Source of the DNA: an uncultured Verrucomicrobiae bacterium
GTDB taxonomy: Bacteria > Verrucomicrobiota > Verrucomicrobiia > Verrucomicrobiales > Akkermansiaceae
DNA: 64,000 nt
Assembly: GCA_963849375.1 (NCBI GenBank)
Contig: CAWKHB010000003.1
Span: forward strand, 48,831-112,830
Direction: 5' to 3'
Shown one piece after another: positions 19,861 to 29,864 of the stretch; the first letter of the stretch is position 1, and every line of letters begins with the position of its first letter. The notes under the pieces were generated by a model. The model worked only from the letters and a program-made list of their open reading frames with translations. It did no database searches and was not told the origin of the DNA. The position numbers and the translations under genes were made by a program.

Positions 19861-19892
19861 GCCGGTATGACTCAGGTTATACCGGCTTTTTT
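19861..19892 (+). terminator. Rho-independent terminator
   Basis: gccggtatgac-tcag-gttataccggc followed by TTTTTT. Confidence 0.8.
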
Positions 19893-19949
19893 GTGCCTTA
19901 ATTGATAATCTTTTAGGGGGCTGATGCGAAATATGGTAGCCTAGGTCTA

Positions 19950-20555
19950 ATGGACGTTTTTGAGAGTCTTGGAATAGCGCTTGGTTTGGCGACTTTGGCG
20001 GGATTGAATCTATATCTTACTTCATTTGTCACAGGGCTTGCGATCCGTTTCCAATGGATTGACCTAGCCGCTGAGCACCCGGACCTGCTTATTCTAGGAA
20101 ACGACTGGGTTTTGATTGTTTCTGGTAGTTTGATGGCAATCGAATTCTTCGCTGACAAAATACCGTGGGTAGATAGTGGATGGGACGCGCTACATACTTT
20201 GATCCGACCTGCCGGCGGGGTGTTGTTAGGTGTTGCGGCCCTCGGGGAGATGGATCCGGCTATTCTTGCAATCGGTGGTTTATTGGCCGGAGGCGCAAGT
20301 ATAACGAGCCATGGTGCGAAGGCTGGCACTCGATTATTGGTGAATATGTCTCCTGAACCTGTTTCAAACAGCGTCGCTAGCGTTGCCGAGGACGGCATGG
20401 TGCTTGGGGGCCTGACTTTGATGGCATTTGCGCCAGTTTTGGCGTTTTTTGTTTTCTTTGTGCTGCTCGTTCTCGCTGTGTTTGTGATTCGAAAGACCTT
20501 CGGGACAGTTAGAGGGATATGGATGAACAAACCTCGAGTAGGTGAAGGGGCTTGA
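19950..20555 (+). CDS. DUF4126-like membrane protein
   Basis: AGLNLY, EFFADKIPWVDS.WD and SPEPVSN...S..ED motifs. Confidence 0.8.
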   Translation: MDVFESLGIALGLATLAGLNLYLTSFVTGLAIRFQWIDLAAEHPDLLILGNDWVLIVSGSLMAIEFFADKIPWVDSGWDALHTLIRPAGGVLLGVAALGEMDPAILAIGGLLAGGASITSHGAKAGTRLLVNMSPEPVSNSVASVAEDGMVLGGLTLMAFAPVLAFFVFFVLLVLAVFVIRKTFGTVRGIWMNKPRVGEGA

Positions 20556-20586
20556 TTGCGAGTAGTTAGGGAAATAGGGTAATGGA

Positions 20587-21312
20587 ATGGTCGGCATCGT
20601 ATTAGGATCTGGGTTGGGAAGCCTAACGGACGAGGTAAAAACCGTTGAGTCGGTAAACTTTGCGGAAGCGGGTTTGAAAACTTCGACGGTGCCGGGTCAT
20701 GAGGGTAAGTTCGTTTTTGGATCGATCTTTGGGAGTGACGTCCTGCTTATGAAAGGTCGCGTTCACCTTTATGAGGGTCATTCGGCAGCGGATGTGACAG
20801 CGGGAGTGCGTTGGATGGCGAACCGCGGGGTGAAAAGATTGATTTTAACGAATGCTGCAGGGACGTTGAATAGGCATTTTAAGCCTGGCTGTTGGATGGC
20901 GTTGTCGGACCACCTGAATCTAACGGGGACATCACCTTTGTGCGGTCCGGATTTCGTAGATATGAGTGAAGTGTATTCAAGTTTATGGCGGAATGCGTTT
21001 TTGGATTCGGCGCGTAGGCAGAATATTGATTTATACGAGGGTGTTTATGCCGGTTTGCGGGGGCCGCAGTATGAGACGCCGGCTGAGATACGAATGCTTG
21101 GGACGATGGGTGCCGATGCTGTGGGAATGAGTACGGTATTGGAGGCAATTCAGGCGAGATCGCTGGGTTTAGAAGTTGCTGGTTTTTCTTGTCTGACGAA
21201 CTGGGCGGCTGGACTGCAGGCACATTTAGATCACTCTGAAGTTTTGGAGACGGGTATGCAAGCAGCTGCGTCGATGAAACTTCTTCTGCAAGGAGTGTTT
21301 GGTGAAGGATAG
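20587..21312 (+). CDS. punA: Purine-nucleoside phosphorylase (PNP I/XapA type)
   Basis: LGSGLG, GRVHLYEG, LTNAAG, GPQYETPAE, GADAVGMST. Confidence 0.9.
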   Translation: MVGIVLGSGLGSLTDEVKTVESVNFAEAGLKTSTVPGHEGKFVFGSIFGSDVLLMKGRVHLYEGHSAADVTAGVRWMANRGVKRLILTNAAGTLNRHFKPGCWMALSDHLNLTGTSPLCGPDFVDMSEVYSSLWRNAFLDSARRQNIDLYEGVYAGLRGPQYETPAEIRMLGTMGADAVGMSTVLEAIQARSLGLEVAGFSCLTNWAAGLQAHLDHSEVLETGMQAAASMKLLLQGVFGEG

Positions 21313-21345
21313 GATTCTTGTTGGTGGAGAGGTAGAGAATTCTGT

Positions 21346-22458
21346 TTAGATAAGTTCGGAGGCAATTGGATCGACAAGGGCGCGGCCTCGTTTTGTAAGC
21401 CTTAGGTGCGAGTTAGTGATTTGGATGAGTCCTTCTGCTACTAGATGGGTAGTTTCAGATTTTGTATTTTTCCCTATGGTATGGAGAGGCACACCGGCGT
21501 CAGTTCTAAGACCTAAGGCGATGCGCTCGATCCTTAATTGTGCGGTTGTCAGAATTTCGGTTTCTGCTGTGGCGTGGCCTATGGAGTTCATTTGCTTCAC
21601 ATAGGCAGAAGTGTCCGAGACATTCTTGGAGCGGTGACGGCCGAATGTTGAGACGGCTGAAGGTCCGAGGCCGAGGTAGTCTTCACCAGCCCAATAGCCT
21701 TTGTTATGGGCGGATTGATGGTTTCGGAGTGCGTAGTTAGAAGTTTCGTAGTGAGTGAAACCAGCTGCTGTGAGGAGGTTTTCAGCTAGATGATAGTCGT
21801 CGGCGTCATTGTCTTCATTTTCTTCGAAGGTGCCATTTGATAGGGCGGCGAAGAAGGCGGTGTCTTCCTCGTAGGTAAGATTGTAAGCTGAGATATGATT
21901 GGGCCGGAGCGATATTGTGTGGTTAAGGGTTTTTTCCCAGTCAGCTCGCGTTTGATTGGGTATTGAGAACATTAGGTCGATATTGATTGAGGAAATCTCA
22001 GCTTCTCTGAGGACGCCGACCGAGCGTGATGCTTGTTCTGGTGTATGCTCACGGCCAAGTGTTTCTAGAACGTGTGGCTCGAAGGATTGGATGCCTAAAG
22101 AGATCCTAGAGATTCCTATTTCCCTGAAAACTTTCGCTTTTGATAGGCCGAAGGTTTCGGGATTTGCCTCCATAGTGATTTCGGTTTTATCATCGATAGC
22201 AAAGTTTCGGTGGAGGCTTTCGAAAAGGCTTTGGAGGTGGTTTGGGGAAAGCATGGAGGGTGTGCCACCACCAAGGTAGATCGATGTAGGGGTAGTCGAT
22301 AATTCCGTAGTGGCTCGCAACACTTCCAATCGCTGCGACATTTCGAGTTCTAGGGCAGCAATGAATGCCGAGATGTCAGTATTTCCGGGAGTGTGCTTAT
22401 AAAAAGAGCAATAAGGACAAATGCGATGGCAGAGGGGGATATGAATGTAGAGCAGCAT
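21346..22458 (-). CDS. hemW: Radical SAM heme chaperone (HemN-like)
   Basis: LYIHIPLCHRICPYCSF, GGGTPS, YETSNY..HNKGYW. Confidence 0.88.
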   Translation of the reverse strand: MLLYIHIPLCHRICPYCSFYKHTPGNTDISAFIAALELEMSQRLEVLRATTELSTTPTSIYLGGGTPSMLSPNHLQSLFESLHRNFAIDDKTEITMEANPETFGLSKAKVFREIGISRISLGIQSFEPHVLETLGREHTPEQASRSVGVLREAEISSINIDLMFSIPNQTRADWEKTLNHTISLRPNHISAYNLTYEEDTAFFAALSNGTFEENEDNDADDYHLAENLLTAAGFTHYETSNYALRNHQSAHNKGYWAGEDYLGLGPSAVSTFGRHRSKNVSDTSAYVKQMNSIGHATAETEILTTAQLRIERIALGLRTDAGVPLHTIGKNTKSETTHLVAEGLIQITNSHLRLTKRGRALVDPIASELI

Positions 22459-22488
22459 GAGGCCGAACGGTTGGCTGGGCGGGTGGAG

Positions 22489-23256
22489 TCAGGAGGAACG
22501 AACTCGATTTATGTATTTGCCTACAGCTTCTGAAGTTTTCTCGGATAGATTGGCTTCCGGGACTGCGAATGGTGGGACGAACCACGGGAAAGAGCCCAAA
22601 AGATCTGTGAGAACTGCAATTTCGCCATCGCAGGAATGATTTCCGCAGCCGATCCCGATTGTGGGGAGGGGGATATTTTTTGTTATATGTTCTGCGGCTT
22701 TTGGCGTTAAGGATTCTAGAACAATCGCAAACACGCCAGCCTCGACAAGGGCGTTTGCGCCATCAAGCAGATCTTGAGTTTGCTCGAGGGTTTTGCCTTT
22801 CTTCTTATAGCCACCCTCCTGGAGGACCCGCTGTGGTAACATGCCGAGATGGCCGCAAACGGGTATGCCGGCGGCTGTTATGGCTTTTACTTTTTCGGCT
22901 TGGCGAATACCGCCTTCCAATTTTACGGCATCGGCACCGGCGTCCATGAGTTGGCTTGCCGTTTCGAGCGCTGCTTTCGGATGATTGTAAGTGTGGATGG
23001 GGAGATCGGCAATTATGAGGGCCTTGGGTTTTGCGCGAACGACTGCGGCAAGGTGGTGGAGGATGTGTGCGAGAGTCACATGGGTGGTATCAGGAAAACC
23101 AAGGACCACCATACCCAGACTATCACCGACGAGTAGAATATCGATACCTGCTTCATCGATAAGGCGTGCAGTCGGATAATCATAGCAGGTAAGGGCAGCG
23201 AGCTTTCGTTGGCCTTTTGCTTGAAGGATAAGCTCGGCTTTTTGCTGTGGGTTCAC
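22489..23256 (-). CDS. panB: 3-methyl-2-oxobutanoate hydroxymethyltransferase
   Basis: LVGDSLGM, AVKLEGG, GHLGMLPQ, PTIGIG. Confidence 0.95.
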   Translation of the reverse strand: MNPQQKAELILQAKGQRKLAALTCYDYPTARLIDEAGIDILLVGDSLGMVVLGFPDTTHVTLAHILHHLAAVVRAKPKALIIADLPIHTYNHPKAALETASQLMDAGADAVKLEGGIRQAEKVKAITAAGIPVCGHLGMLPQRVLQEGGYKKKGKTLEQTQDLLDGANALVEAGVFAIVLESLTPKAAEHITKNIPLPTIGIGCGNHSCDGEIAVLTDLLGSFPWFVPPFAVPEANLSEKTSEAVGKYINRVRSS

Positions 23257-23286
23257 AAGATGTGCTATGAATCTGAAAGGGAAAAA

Positions 23287-23313
23287 CCTCCGTAGCGCGA
23301 TGCTAAGCGGAGG
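23287..23313 (-). terminator. Hairpin downstream of tRNA-Glu
   Basis: cctccg-tagc...gcta-agcggagg, preceded by an A-run (T-tail on the minus strand). Confidence 0.55.
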
Positions 23314-23330
23314 CTGTTTACCACGAAAAA

Positions 23331-23405
23331 TGGCGACCCGTAAGGGAATCGAACCCTTCTTGCCAGGATGAAAACCTGGAGTCCTAACCGATAGACGAAC
23401 GGGTC
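23331..23405 (-). tRNA. tRNA-Glu(TTC)
   Basis: Reverse complement GACCCGTTCGTCTATCGGTTAGGACTCCAGGTTTTCATCCTGGCAAGAAGGGTTCGATTCCCTTACGGGTCGCCA; cloverleaf, anticodon TTC, CCA end. Confidence 0.97.
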
Positions 23406-23604
23406 GTTGGTCGCGGTGCGGGCGGAAAGAAAAGGGATAGGCGGAATGTTTGCAAGTACCATCTTATACGGAAACCGAGTTTTTTTAGATTATGCGTAGT
23501 TTCTTATGGCTGCAGAAGAAACTTTCATAGTTGAGCGAGCATTTCTATGGCCCAAGGCAGGAGGGTTCTCTACGATGTGGAGCGTGAGAGAGAGGAAGCG
23601 GAGA

Positions 23605-25539
23605 ATGCAGGAGCGAGGCTATGAGATTGAGACTTTGAAGGCCCTTTCTGAGCGAGTGCCGAATATTGATAGCGCGATTAGTAATATAGCGAGGTATTCG
23701 GCGGAGCTCACTTTGCCGCGAGGGACGGTGCATGTGATTAGTGATATTCACGGAGAGGATAAGAAGCTGCGGCATGTGATCAATAATGCTTCTGGGACGC
23801 TGAGGCCGTTGGTGGAGAGACTTTTGAGAGAAAAACTGCCGGAAGATGATTTCGATGAATTTTTGAAACTGATTTTTTATCCAGCGGAAGTGGTAGGGCA
23901 GCTAGAGAAGAGCCTGAAGGAGCCGGAGGATCAGCGAGAGTTTGCGATGCGGACGCTGCGCGGGCTTTTTGAAGTGATACGGACTTTGGCGGGTAGGCAT
24001 AGTCTGAAGCATGCGTTGGGTCTGTTTCCAGCGGAGTATGCGGAGCTTTTTAGTGAAATTTTGCATGAACCTTCTACGGAGAGAGAGGGAGCTTATATTG
24101 CTGCGATTGTGGAGACTTTGGTGCGGCGGCGGCGGATGCTGCATTTTATCCATTTGAGTTGTCGGGTGATACGGAATCTGGCGATTGATGAGTTAGTAAT
24201 TGCCGGGGATTGCTGGGACAGGGGGCCGCGAGGGGATAAGGTGGTCGATTATTTGATGCAGCAGCCGAATGTCACTTTTGTGTGGGGAAATCATGATGTT
24301 TTGTGGCTGGGTGCGTGTTTGGGGAATGAAGCGCTTATTTGCACGGCATTGCGCATTTCGCTGCGCTACCGGCGGCTGTTCCAACTTGAGGAGGGTTATG
24401 GTATCCCGCTGATGCCTTTGGAATCGCTGGCGAGGGAGGTTTATGGAGACGATCCTGCGAGTTGTTTTGATCCAAAGACGGAGGGTTTACGTGAGAAAAT
24501 TTCTGTAGCGCGGATGCAGAAGGCGGTGGCTGTGATGCAATGGAAGCTGGAGGGGCAGATGATTGCGAGGCATCCAGAGTGGGGTATGCAGAACCGTATG
24601 CTGCTGCATCGGATTGATTTTAAATCGCAAACGGTGAAAATTGACGGGGTGGACTACGCGCTGAAAGACGGGCATTTTCCAACGATTGATCCTGATGATC
24701 CGTATGAATTAAGTGAGGCAGAGCGGATGTGTATGAACCGACTTAAGGCTTCGTTTCTGAATAGTCAGAAGCTGTGGGAGCACATGAAATGGATGGTGCA
24801 TCGTGGTTCGATGGTGGTTCGGCGGGAGGAGCAGCTTATTTTTCACGGTTGTGTTCCGGTGGATAAGGCGGGTGAGATGGTGCCGATGGTGATCCGTGGG
24901 AAGGCTTTGTATGGGAAGGCACTTTTTGAAGCAATCGATCAGGAGATCTATAAGATGGTGGAAGATTCGCCAAAGGTCAGTGACCTTGATCTGCTGTGGT
25001 ATTTGTGGAGCGGCCCTCAGTCGCCCTTGTTTGGGAAAGACCGGATGGCTACTTTTGAACGGAGTTTGTTAGGGGAGAAATCGACTCATGATGAGCGGAA
25101 AAATCCATATTTTGATCTTTTGCACGAAACTTGGTTCTGCGAAAAACTATTAGCGGAATTTGAGGTTGAGCAGGCAGAGGGGATGATTGTGAACGGGCAT
25201 GTGCCGGTGAAACTTGAGAAAGGTGAGTCACCGATGAAGCGAAGCGGAAAGGCGATCACGATTGATGGTGCTTTTTCGGAAGCGTATGGGGATCATGGCT
25301 ATACGTTAGTCCTTGAGCCTACGCGGACGTTTCTTGCGCGGCATCATCACTTTGAATCTGTGGAAGCGGCAGTGAGAGATGGTGACGACATTATTCCGAC
25401 TCTGATGGAGATCCATAGGTGGGAAACGCCGAAGACTTTGGCAGACAGTCAGAAAGGCCGCGACTTAATGTATGCGATAGATCAGTTGGAAAGATTGATT
25501 ACTGCGTATCGAAATCATGAACTCAAAGAGAAGTTTTGA
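23605..25539 (+). CDS. fbp: Fructose-1,6-bisphosphatase class III (Firmicutes type)
   Basis: LTLPRGTVHVISDIHGE, GDCWDRGP, WGNHD, HGCVP, SPLFGK, NGHVPVK, IDG; ORF open from 23506, likely start MQERG. Confidence 0.9.
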   Translation: MQERGYEIETLKALSERVPNIDSAISNIARYSAELTLPRGTVHVISDIHGEDKKLRHVINNASGTLRPLVERLLREKLPEDDFDEFLKLIFYPAEVVGQLEKSLKEPEDQREFAMRTLRGLFEVIRTLAGRHSLKHALGLFPAEYAELFSEILHEPSTEREGAYIAAIVETLVRRRRMLHFIHLSCRVIRNLAIDELVIAGDCWDRGPRGDKVVDYLMQQPNVTFVWGNHDVLWLGACLGNEALICTALRISLRYRRLFQLEEGYGIPLMPLESLAREVYGDDPASCFDPKTEGLREKISVARMQKAVAVMQWKLEGQMIARHPEWGMQNRMLLHRIDFKSQTVKIDGVDYALKDGHFPTIDPDDPYELSEAERMCMNRLKASFLNSQKLWEHMKWMVHRGSMVVRREEQLIFHGCVPVDKAGEMVPMVIRGKALYGKALFEAIDQEIYKMVEDSPKVSDLDLLWYLWSGPQSPLFGKDRMATFERSLLGEKSTHDERKNPYFDLLHETWFCEKLLAEFEVEQAEGMIVNGHVPVKLEKGESPMKRSGKAITIDGAFSEAYGDHGYTLVLEPTRTFLARHHHFESVEAAVRDGDDIIPTLMEIHRWETPKTLADSQKGRDLMYAIDQLERLITAYRNHELKEKF

Positions 25540-25558
25540 GCTGGAGTGATTGAAAACG

Positions 25559-25589
25559 AAAAAACCCTACTGGCAAAACCAGTAGGGTT
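25559..25589 (-). terminator. Rho-independent terminator (possibly bidirectional)
   Basis: aaaaaaccctactgg-caaaa-ccagtagggtt. Confidence 0.8.
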
Positions 25590-25617
25590 AGTAGATCTCA
25601 AGTGAGATAGGAAAAGT

Positions 25618-25689
25618 CTAGCGACCACGGCGGCCAAGAAGAGCAAGGCCACCAAGAGCTATAAGAAGGGACGAAGATGGCTCTGGGAT
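25618..25689 (-). pseudogene. Orphan PEP-CTERM sorting-signal fragment
   Basis: Encodes IPEPSSSLLIALGGLALLGRRGR*, with an in-frame TAA two codons upstream. Confidence 0.85.
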
Positions 25690-25815
25690 GGATTATGTGG
25701 ACATTCCGCCAGACTACTGTCGGAACAGGTTCCGCTGCGAGATCCCAAAGGGGGTCGTATATCTCCAGCTTACCTTTATTCGACAAGCGGCTCTCTTCCT
25801 GCGTAAGTGGCCACT

Positions 25816-27207
25816 TTAATCTTCTTCCAGTATCGCCGTGATTTCCTCCCAGGCCCAATCAACCCTGGTTCCCACGCCAAAGAGTTCCGCAACTTCCCAG
25901 CCCTCACGTTCAGCAATATCTGTCCAGAAGGCGATCCTTCCGTCCTCGTCAATTTCCCCAAGAAGCAATCGCACCACGCCTGTGGACTGCTTGAGCTTTT
26001 CCAGAGTAGACGGTTCGACGATCTCAGGTGCCAACAGGATCAACTCTCCCACGTGCGTCGGCAGCGCGGTGCGGACTGCCCTTCCCACCAGTATCACCCT
26101 TCCGGCGGACTTAGCATCCGCTCCGAGAACGATCCTGCAGCTACCTTCTAAGGCTAGTTCACGAAAAAGTTTCCCGTGAAGCTCACCAAGAACCTGCGGA
26201 TCAGGCACGATGCCCATCACCCGGCTCCCAGCTCCCTTTTTCGCGAGTCCCACAACCCTACTGCCTCCAGCCACCCCACTGAACTCCCTGCGCAAAGTAT
26301 CCTTGGAACTCTCACTCCATCCTTTCCCAACAAGAATGCACATACCCGCAACGACAATTCCGAACGAGGCGGCAAGCGACGGCCTGTGCATCACCTGTCT
26401 GCTTTGGAACTTCACTACCGCCAGCATCAAGACAGCAAGACACGGTAAAATCCACAGCCGCCACTCTTCCATCGTCTTGGTACTGAAAATCCCTGCCACG
26501 AGAAATGCGACCAAAAGCCCCCGCAGCCCCACCGACAAATCATCCCCGCGCCCTGGAGAAGTCCATGTCCAGAAAAAGGTAAAAACAATCAGGATGAGCC
26601 CAAACCAAGCCCAACCGTATTCCACCAGAAAGGTTAAATAGCTGTTCACCATCGTCCGGTAGCCTTCCTCGCGATCCATCTCCTGATACCACTGCATGTA
26701 TTCCGCGCCAGAGCGCCCCGCACCGAAGCCCGTTGGATTCTCCACCGACATCTGGAGCGCCGCCGACCACAGGTCGAATCTGTTGCCCACTGATCGGTCG
26801 CCCTTCGCCGCCTCACCCGTCCTTGTCCCCAGCCCCGTCCAGATCACCAAGAATCCGAATGCGCCCAGCAGCAGGAAATGTGCAATCCACTTCCCCACCG
26901 GTCTTCCACGATTACGAAACAACGCCACACCAGCCACATACACCAGCCCTGCCACCGCAGCCACCAACGCCCCTCTGGAAAACGTCATGCACAGGCAGTA
27001 GCCCGCCGCCAGAAACGACGCGCTAACCAGAAGAATAATTACGACGCGGAGCCAAACATTCCGAAAACCCCACCCCGCGTTTCCGCAATAGAACAGAAAT
27101 GGCAAAAGACATGCGAAAATCACTGCGGCCTTGTTCGGATTATCAAAACCGAAACTCCACCGCAGCGTCTCCCCGTAGAAATACTCGACGCTTTGCTCTG
27201 CTATCAT
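25816..27207 (-). CDS. O-antigen-ligase (Wzy_C/WaaL-like) family membrane protein
   Basis: GFDNPNKAA, TFSRGALVA, R..LW..AL, P.GFGAG, VNSYLTFLVEYG; multi-TM with a soluble C-terminal domain. Confidence 0.8.
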   Translation of the reverse strand: MIAEQSVEYFYGETLRWSFGFDNPNKAAVIFACLLPFLFYCGNAGWGFRNVWLRVVIILLVSASFLAAGYCLCMTFSRGALVAAVAGLVYVAGVALFRNRGRPVGKWIAHFLLLGAFGFLVIWTGLGTRTGEAAKGDRSVGNRFDLWSAALQMSVENPTGFGAGRSGAEYMQWYQEMDREEGYRTMVNSYLTFLVEYGWAWFGLILIVFTFFWTWTSPGRGDDLSVGLRGLLVAFLVAGIFSTKTMEEWRLWILPCLAVLMLAVVKFQSRQVMHRPSLAASFGIVVAGMCILVGKGWSESSKDTLRREFSGVAGGSRVVGLAKKGAGSRVMGIVPDPQVLGELHGKLFRELALEGSCRIVLGADAKSAGRVILVGRAVRTALPTHVGELILLAPEIVEPSTLEKLKQSTGVVRLLLGEIDEDGRIAFWTDIAEREGWEVAELFGVGTRVDWAWEEITAILEED

Positions 27208-27546
27208 ACTTTAGGTTAGCTATTTTTCAGATAGAGTTAGGCCTGTTATCTCATTAAAGGAGGAAACCCTACGGTGATTGATTGAGGGTTCCTTTACCTC
27301 ATTCAAGTTGACACCATGATGACCCAGTTCTTGCTTTGTTCCCTTGCCGCTTTCTTACCTCTTGGCTTCCTTACGATTCAATCTCCCAACAAATTTCAAA
27401 GTCTACAGAGCTTCTCCTCAATCTTATTTCTCATTCTAAAGGGATCACTCACTACCAGCAGACACTCGATCCACACACGCTATCTGACTGCGATTCCAAA
27501 CTGGCCTCACCTCACTCCAGCCGATGACGATATCCCCAGCGGCCGT

Positions 27547-28611
27547 TCATTCGCCCGCCTCCCCTTCATATTTCCCCCATAACTCCGCAATTTCCTTGTT
27601 GGGCAAAAATACGCTGTGGTCCGCTGGTAGATCCTCATAATTCTCACGGTTGTTTTCCTTGTAGGTAAGAAACTGCAAATCCCCTACATACTGCATGTCC
27701 CGCGCCGCCATCGCCAACCGGCCTGTTTTGGGTTTACCAAGCAGCCCTCTAGTCCTCTCGTCATGGAACTTCAGCCATGCCACGGTTAGCTTCGCCACAT
27801 GCTCCCCGCCGCCTTGGTGCGCCTCCCCGGTGTAAGGATAGAAGAGTGGCGCCGCTCCCACCGCCCGCAGTTCACTGGCCAGCACGAGGCTTGCATCATA
27901 CGCCGGATCGGATTCCCCCACGAGCACCATCCACGCGACCTTGTTGCATTCCGCACCCGGTGAATCGAACCAGCTCGCGCTATTGATCACCACCGCACTC
28001 ACCCGGTCCGGCACCCACATCGCGAACCTGTGTGCAAACTGCGCCCCCCCGGAAAGCCCCTCTATCAACAACCGCTCCGTATCCACAGGATACTTACGGG
28101 CAACCTCGTCCAGCGCCTCCAGCACGGCCTCTCCCGAGAACCCCTCCGGGTAAAAATAGGATCTTTTTTCATCACGCGCCCATCTCGCCTCAAACCTAAA
28201 CGAGCACGACATTACAAACCAACCCCGCTCATCCGCGAGATCAATAAACTCCGTACACTGATTGATACGGTTTTTCCCGGTTTGGAATATATATGGACAT
28301 AGGAAGAGCAGCCTCCTGACCCGTCGGTCCCCCGGCACGTAGTCCTTGGGCGTCCTTATGAAAAATGGAATCTTCTCGTTTCCTTCCGCCCGGGAACTGA
28401 CCTCAAACTGCACCGTCCTCGCCGGCAGCGCCTCCGCCGACTTGGAATCCAAGCCCCCTCCCTCGTAACCGAATTCTTGGCCGAAACATCCCCCCGTTAG
28501 GACCATCAGACAAAGCGCGCACACATGGCGAGTCCGAGAAATATCCCTCCACATCCTGCAAATCGCATTCGCCCAACCAAGCCCCACCCAATCTCCAATC
28601 TTAGTTTTCAT
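27547..28611 (-). CDS. Exported alpha/beta-hydrolase (esterase-like)
   Basis: GLSGGAQFAHRF nucleophile elbow, GESD, H in GEAHQG; hydrophobic segment ending GGCFG. Confidence 0.75.
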   Translation of the reverse strand: MKTKIGDWVGLGWANAICRMWRDISRTRHVCALCLMVLTGGCFGQEFGYEGGGLDSKSAEALPARTVQFEVSSRAEGNEKIPFFIRTPKDYVPGDRRVRRLLFLCPYIFQTGKNRINQCTEFIDLADERGWFVMSCSFRFEARWARDEKRSYFYPEGFSGEAVLEALDEVARKYPVDTERLLIEGLSGGAQFAHRFAMWVPDRVSAVVINSASWFDSPGAECNKVAWMVLVGESDPAYDASLVLASELRAVGAAPLFYPYTGEAHQGGGEHVAKLTVAWLKFHDERTRGLLGKPKTGRLAMAARDMQYVGDLQFLTYKENNRENYEDLPADHSVFLPNKEIAELWGKYEGEAGE

Positions 28612-28640
28612 ATAAAATATTAATTCAAATCTTCTATTGC

Positions 28641-29366
28641 TTACCGTTCACTGATCACCCGGCGCTTCCCTTCGGCCAGCCTCTTTGCATAGTCCTCCAG
28701 GAACACCTCCGCCATCTCCCTCACCGGACCCGTAAGTTCATGCCCCACCCCAGCGAATGACTTCCACACCCACGGGCAACCCAGCTCCTTTCCTTTCTTG
28801 AAAAAGTCAAAAGTCGGCCCATACCGGGGATCATCCTCCCCGCACATGATCAGGGCGGGCACTTCCCGTATCTTTCCTACCGGAGCACTCCACCAACCTG
28901 CCGAATACGCCACAAAGCCCCCAACCTTCTCAGGCTTCCAGATCGCAAAGCGATGGGTCACATGCGCCCCTGCGGAAAAGCCGAAGAAAAGAACCTTGTC
29001 AGTCTGCACCCCATATTGCTTCCCAGCCTCCGCAATCCCTTTCTCCAGAACCCTGCCACTCCCCTGCTCGGGATAATAATATCCCTTGCCCCGATTGTTC
29101 TCATCACCCTCCGCCTTGAAAGTCGGGGCCAAGAGAACCAATCGATTCTTTTCCGCAAAAGACTTCCACCGCACATCAAGCATTCCTACCCCATCGCCGT
29201 TGTAACCTGGCACCAGAACCAGTATGGCAGTCGCGGATTCAACTGCTTCCGCTTGCCATGAATAAAATGGAACCTCTTGGCCACTGGACGAAACCACCCA
29301 CCGCTCTTCCGCTGCGGACAACAAGCTGCAGACCAAAATGAGCAAGCAGGTAGTTTTTACGATCAT
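28641..29366 (-). CDS. Secreted alpha/beta-hydrolase (esterase-like)
   Basis: Signal peptide, GFSAGAHVTHRF, CGEDD, GVGHE. Confidence 0.8.
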   Translation of the reverse strand: MIVKTTCLLILVCSLLSAAEERWVVSSSGQEVPFYSWQAEAVESATAILVLVPGYNGDGVGMLDVRWKSFAEKNRLVLLAPTFKAEGDENNRGKGYYYPEQGSGRVLEKGIAEAGKQYGVQTDKVLFFGFSAGAHVTHRFAIWKPEKVGGFVAYSAGWWSAPVGKIREVPALIMCGEDDPRYGPTFDFFKKGKELGCPWVWKSFAGVGHELTGPVREMAEVFLEDYAKRLAEGKRRVISER

Positions 29367-29477
29367 TCTTTTGAGAACTTGTGGACTGTATCAGCCACTT
29401 CAAACCGACGAGAGGACGAGCGAGCGCCCTTTAAATAACGTAGAACTTAATATACAACTCATGATAAAATTTATCGA

Positions 29478-29864
29478 TTAGTTTGGATCAGTCTTAGGGC
29501 TTATATAGACGGTTAGTTCAGAGTCACTGAATAGGTTGAAATTAATATCTTTCGCCTCATCAATCAGGATGACATTGTGGAAACTTTTGACTTTGGATTG
29601 CTTATCTTGAATATCGATTATCAGATAGGTTCGTTCATTTTCGGAAACTACTTCATATCTCTTAGCATACCAATACCGTATTTTCTCTCCAGATTTACCC
29701 TTGGCTTCTCCAGTATTAGGGAAATTCTTTAACGCAGTATCTAGAGTGTTTGATCCACCACCATAGTCATCTGTGATAGCTATCGTTACATAAAAATCAC
29801 TCCCGGTAGATTTACTAGGAAAGAAAATGAAAAGACTAATTGAAAATATAATGAAACTTTTCAT
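29478..29864 (-). CDS. Putative orphan immunity protein (exported, AT-rich)
   Basis: Signal-peptide-like N-terminus; ATG overlaps the TGA of an upstream degenerate toxin tip. Confidence 0.6.
   Translation of the reverse strand: MKSFIIFSISLFIFFPSKSTGSDFYVTIAITDDYGGGSNTLDTALKNFPNTGEAKGKSGEKIRYWYAKRYEVVSENERTYLIIDIQDKQSKVKSFHNVILIDEAKDINFNLFSDSELTVYISPKTDPN

Larger units (their letters stand above)
25469..25689 (+). repeat. 221-bp direct repeat, left copy (fbp 3' end + terminator + PEP-CTERM tail)
   Basis: Matches 37041-37261 with about six substitutions by eye. Confidence 0.95.

Noticed and set aside
25598-25858. 86-aa ORF spanning the island's left border
   Set aside because: It reads the PEP-CTERM tail and the ligase end out of frame.
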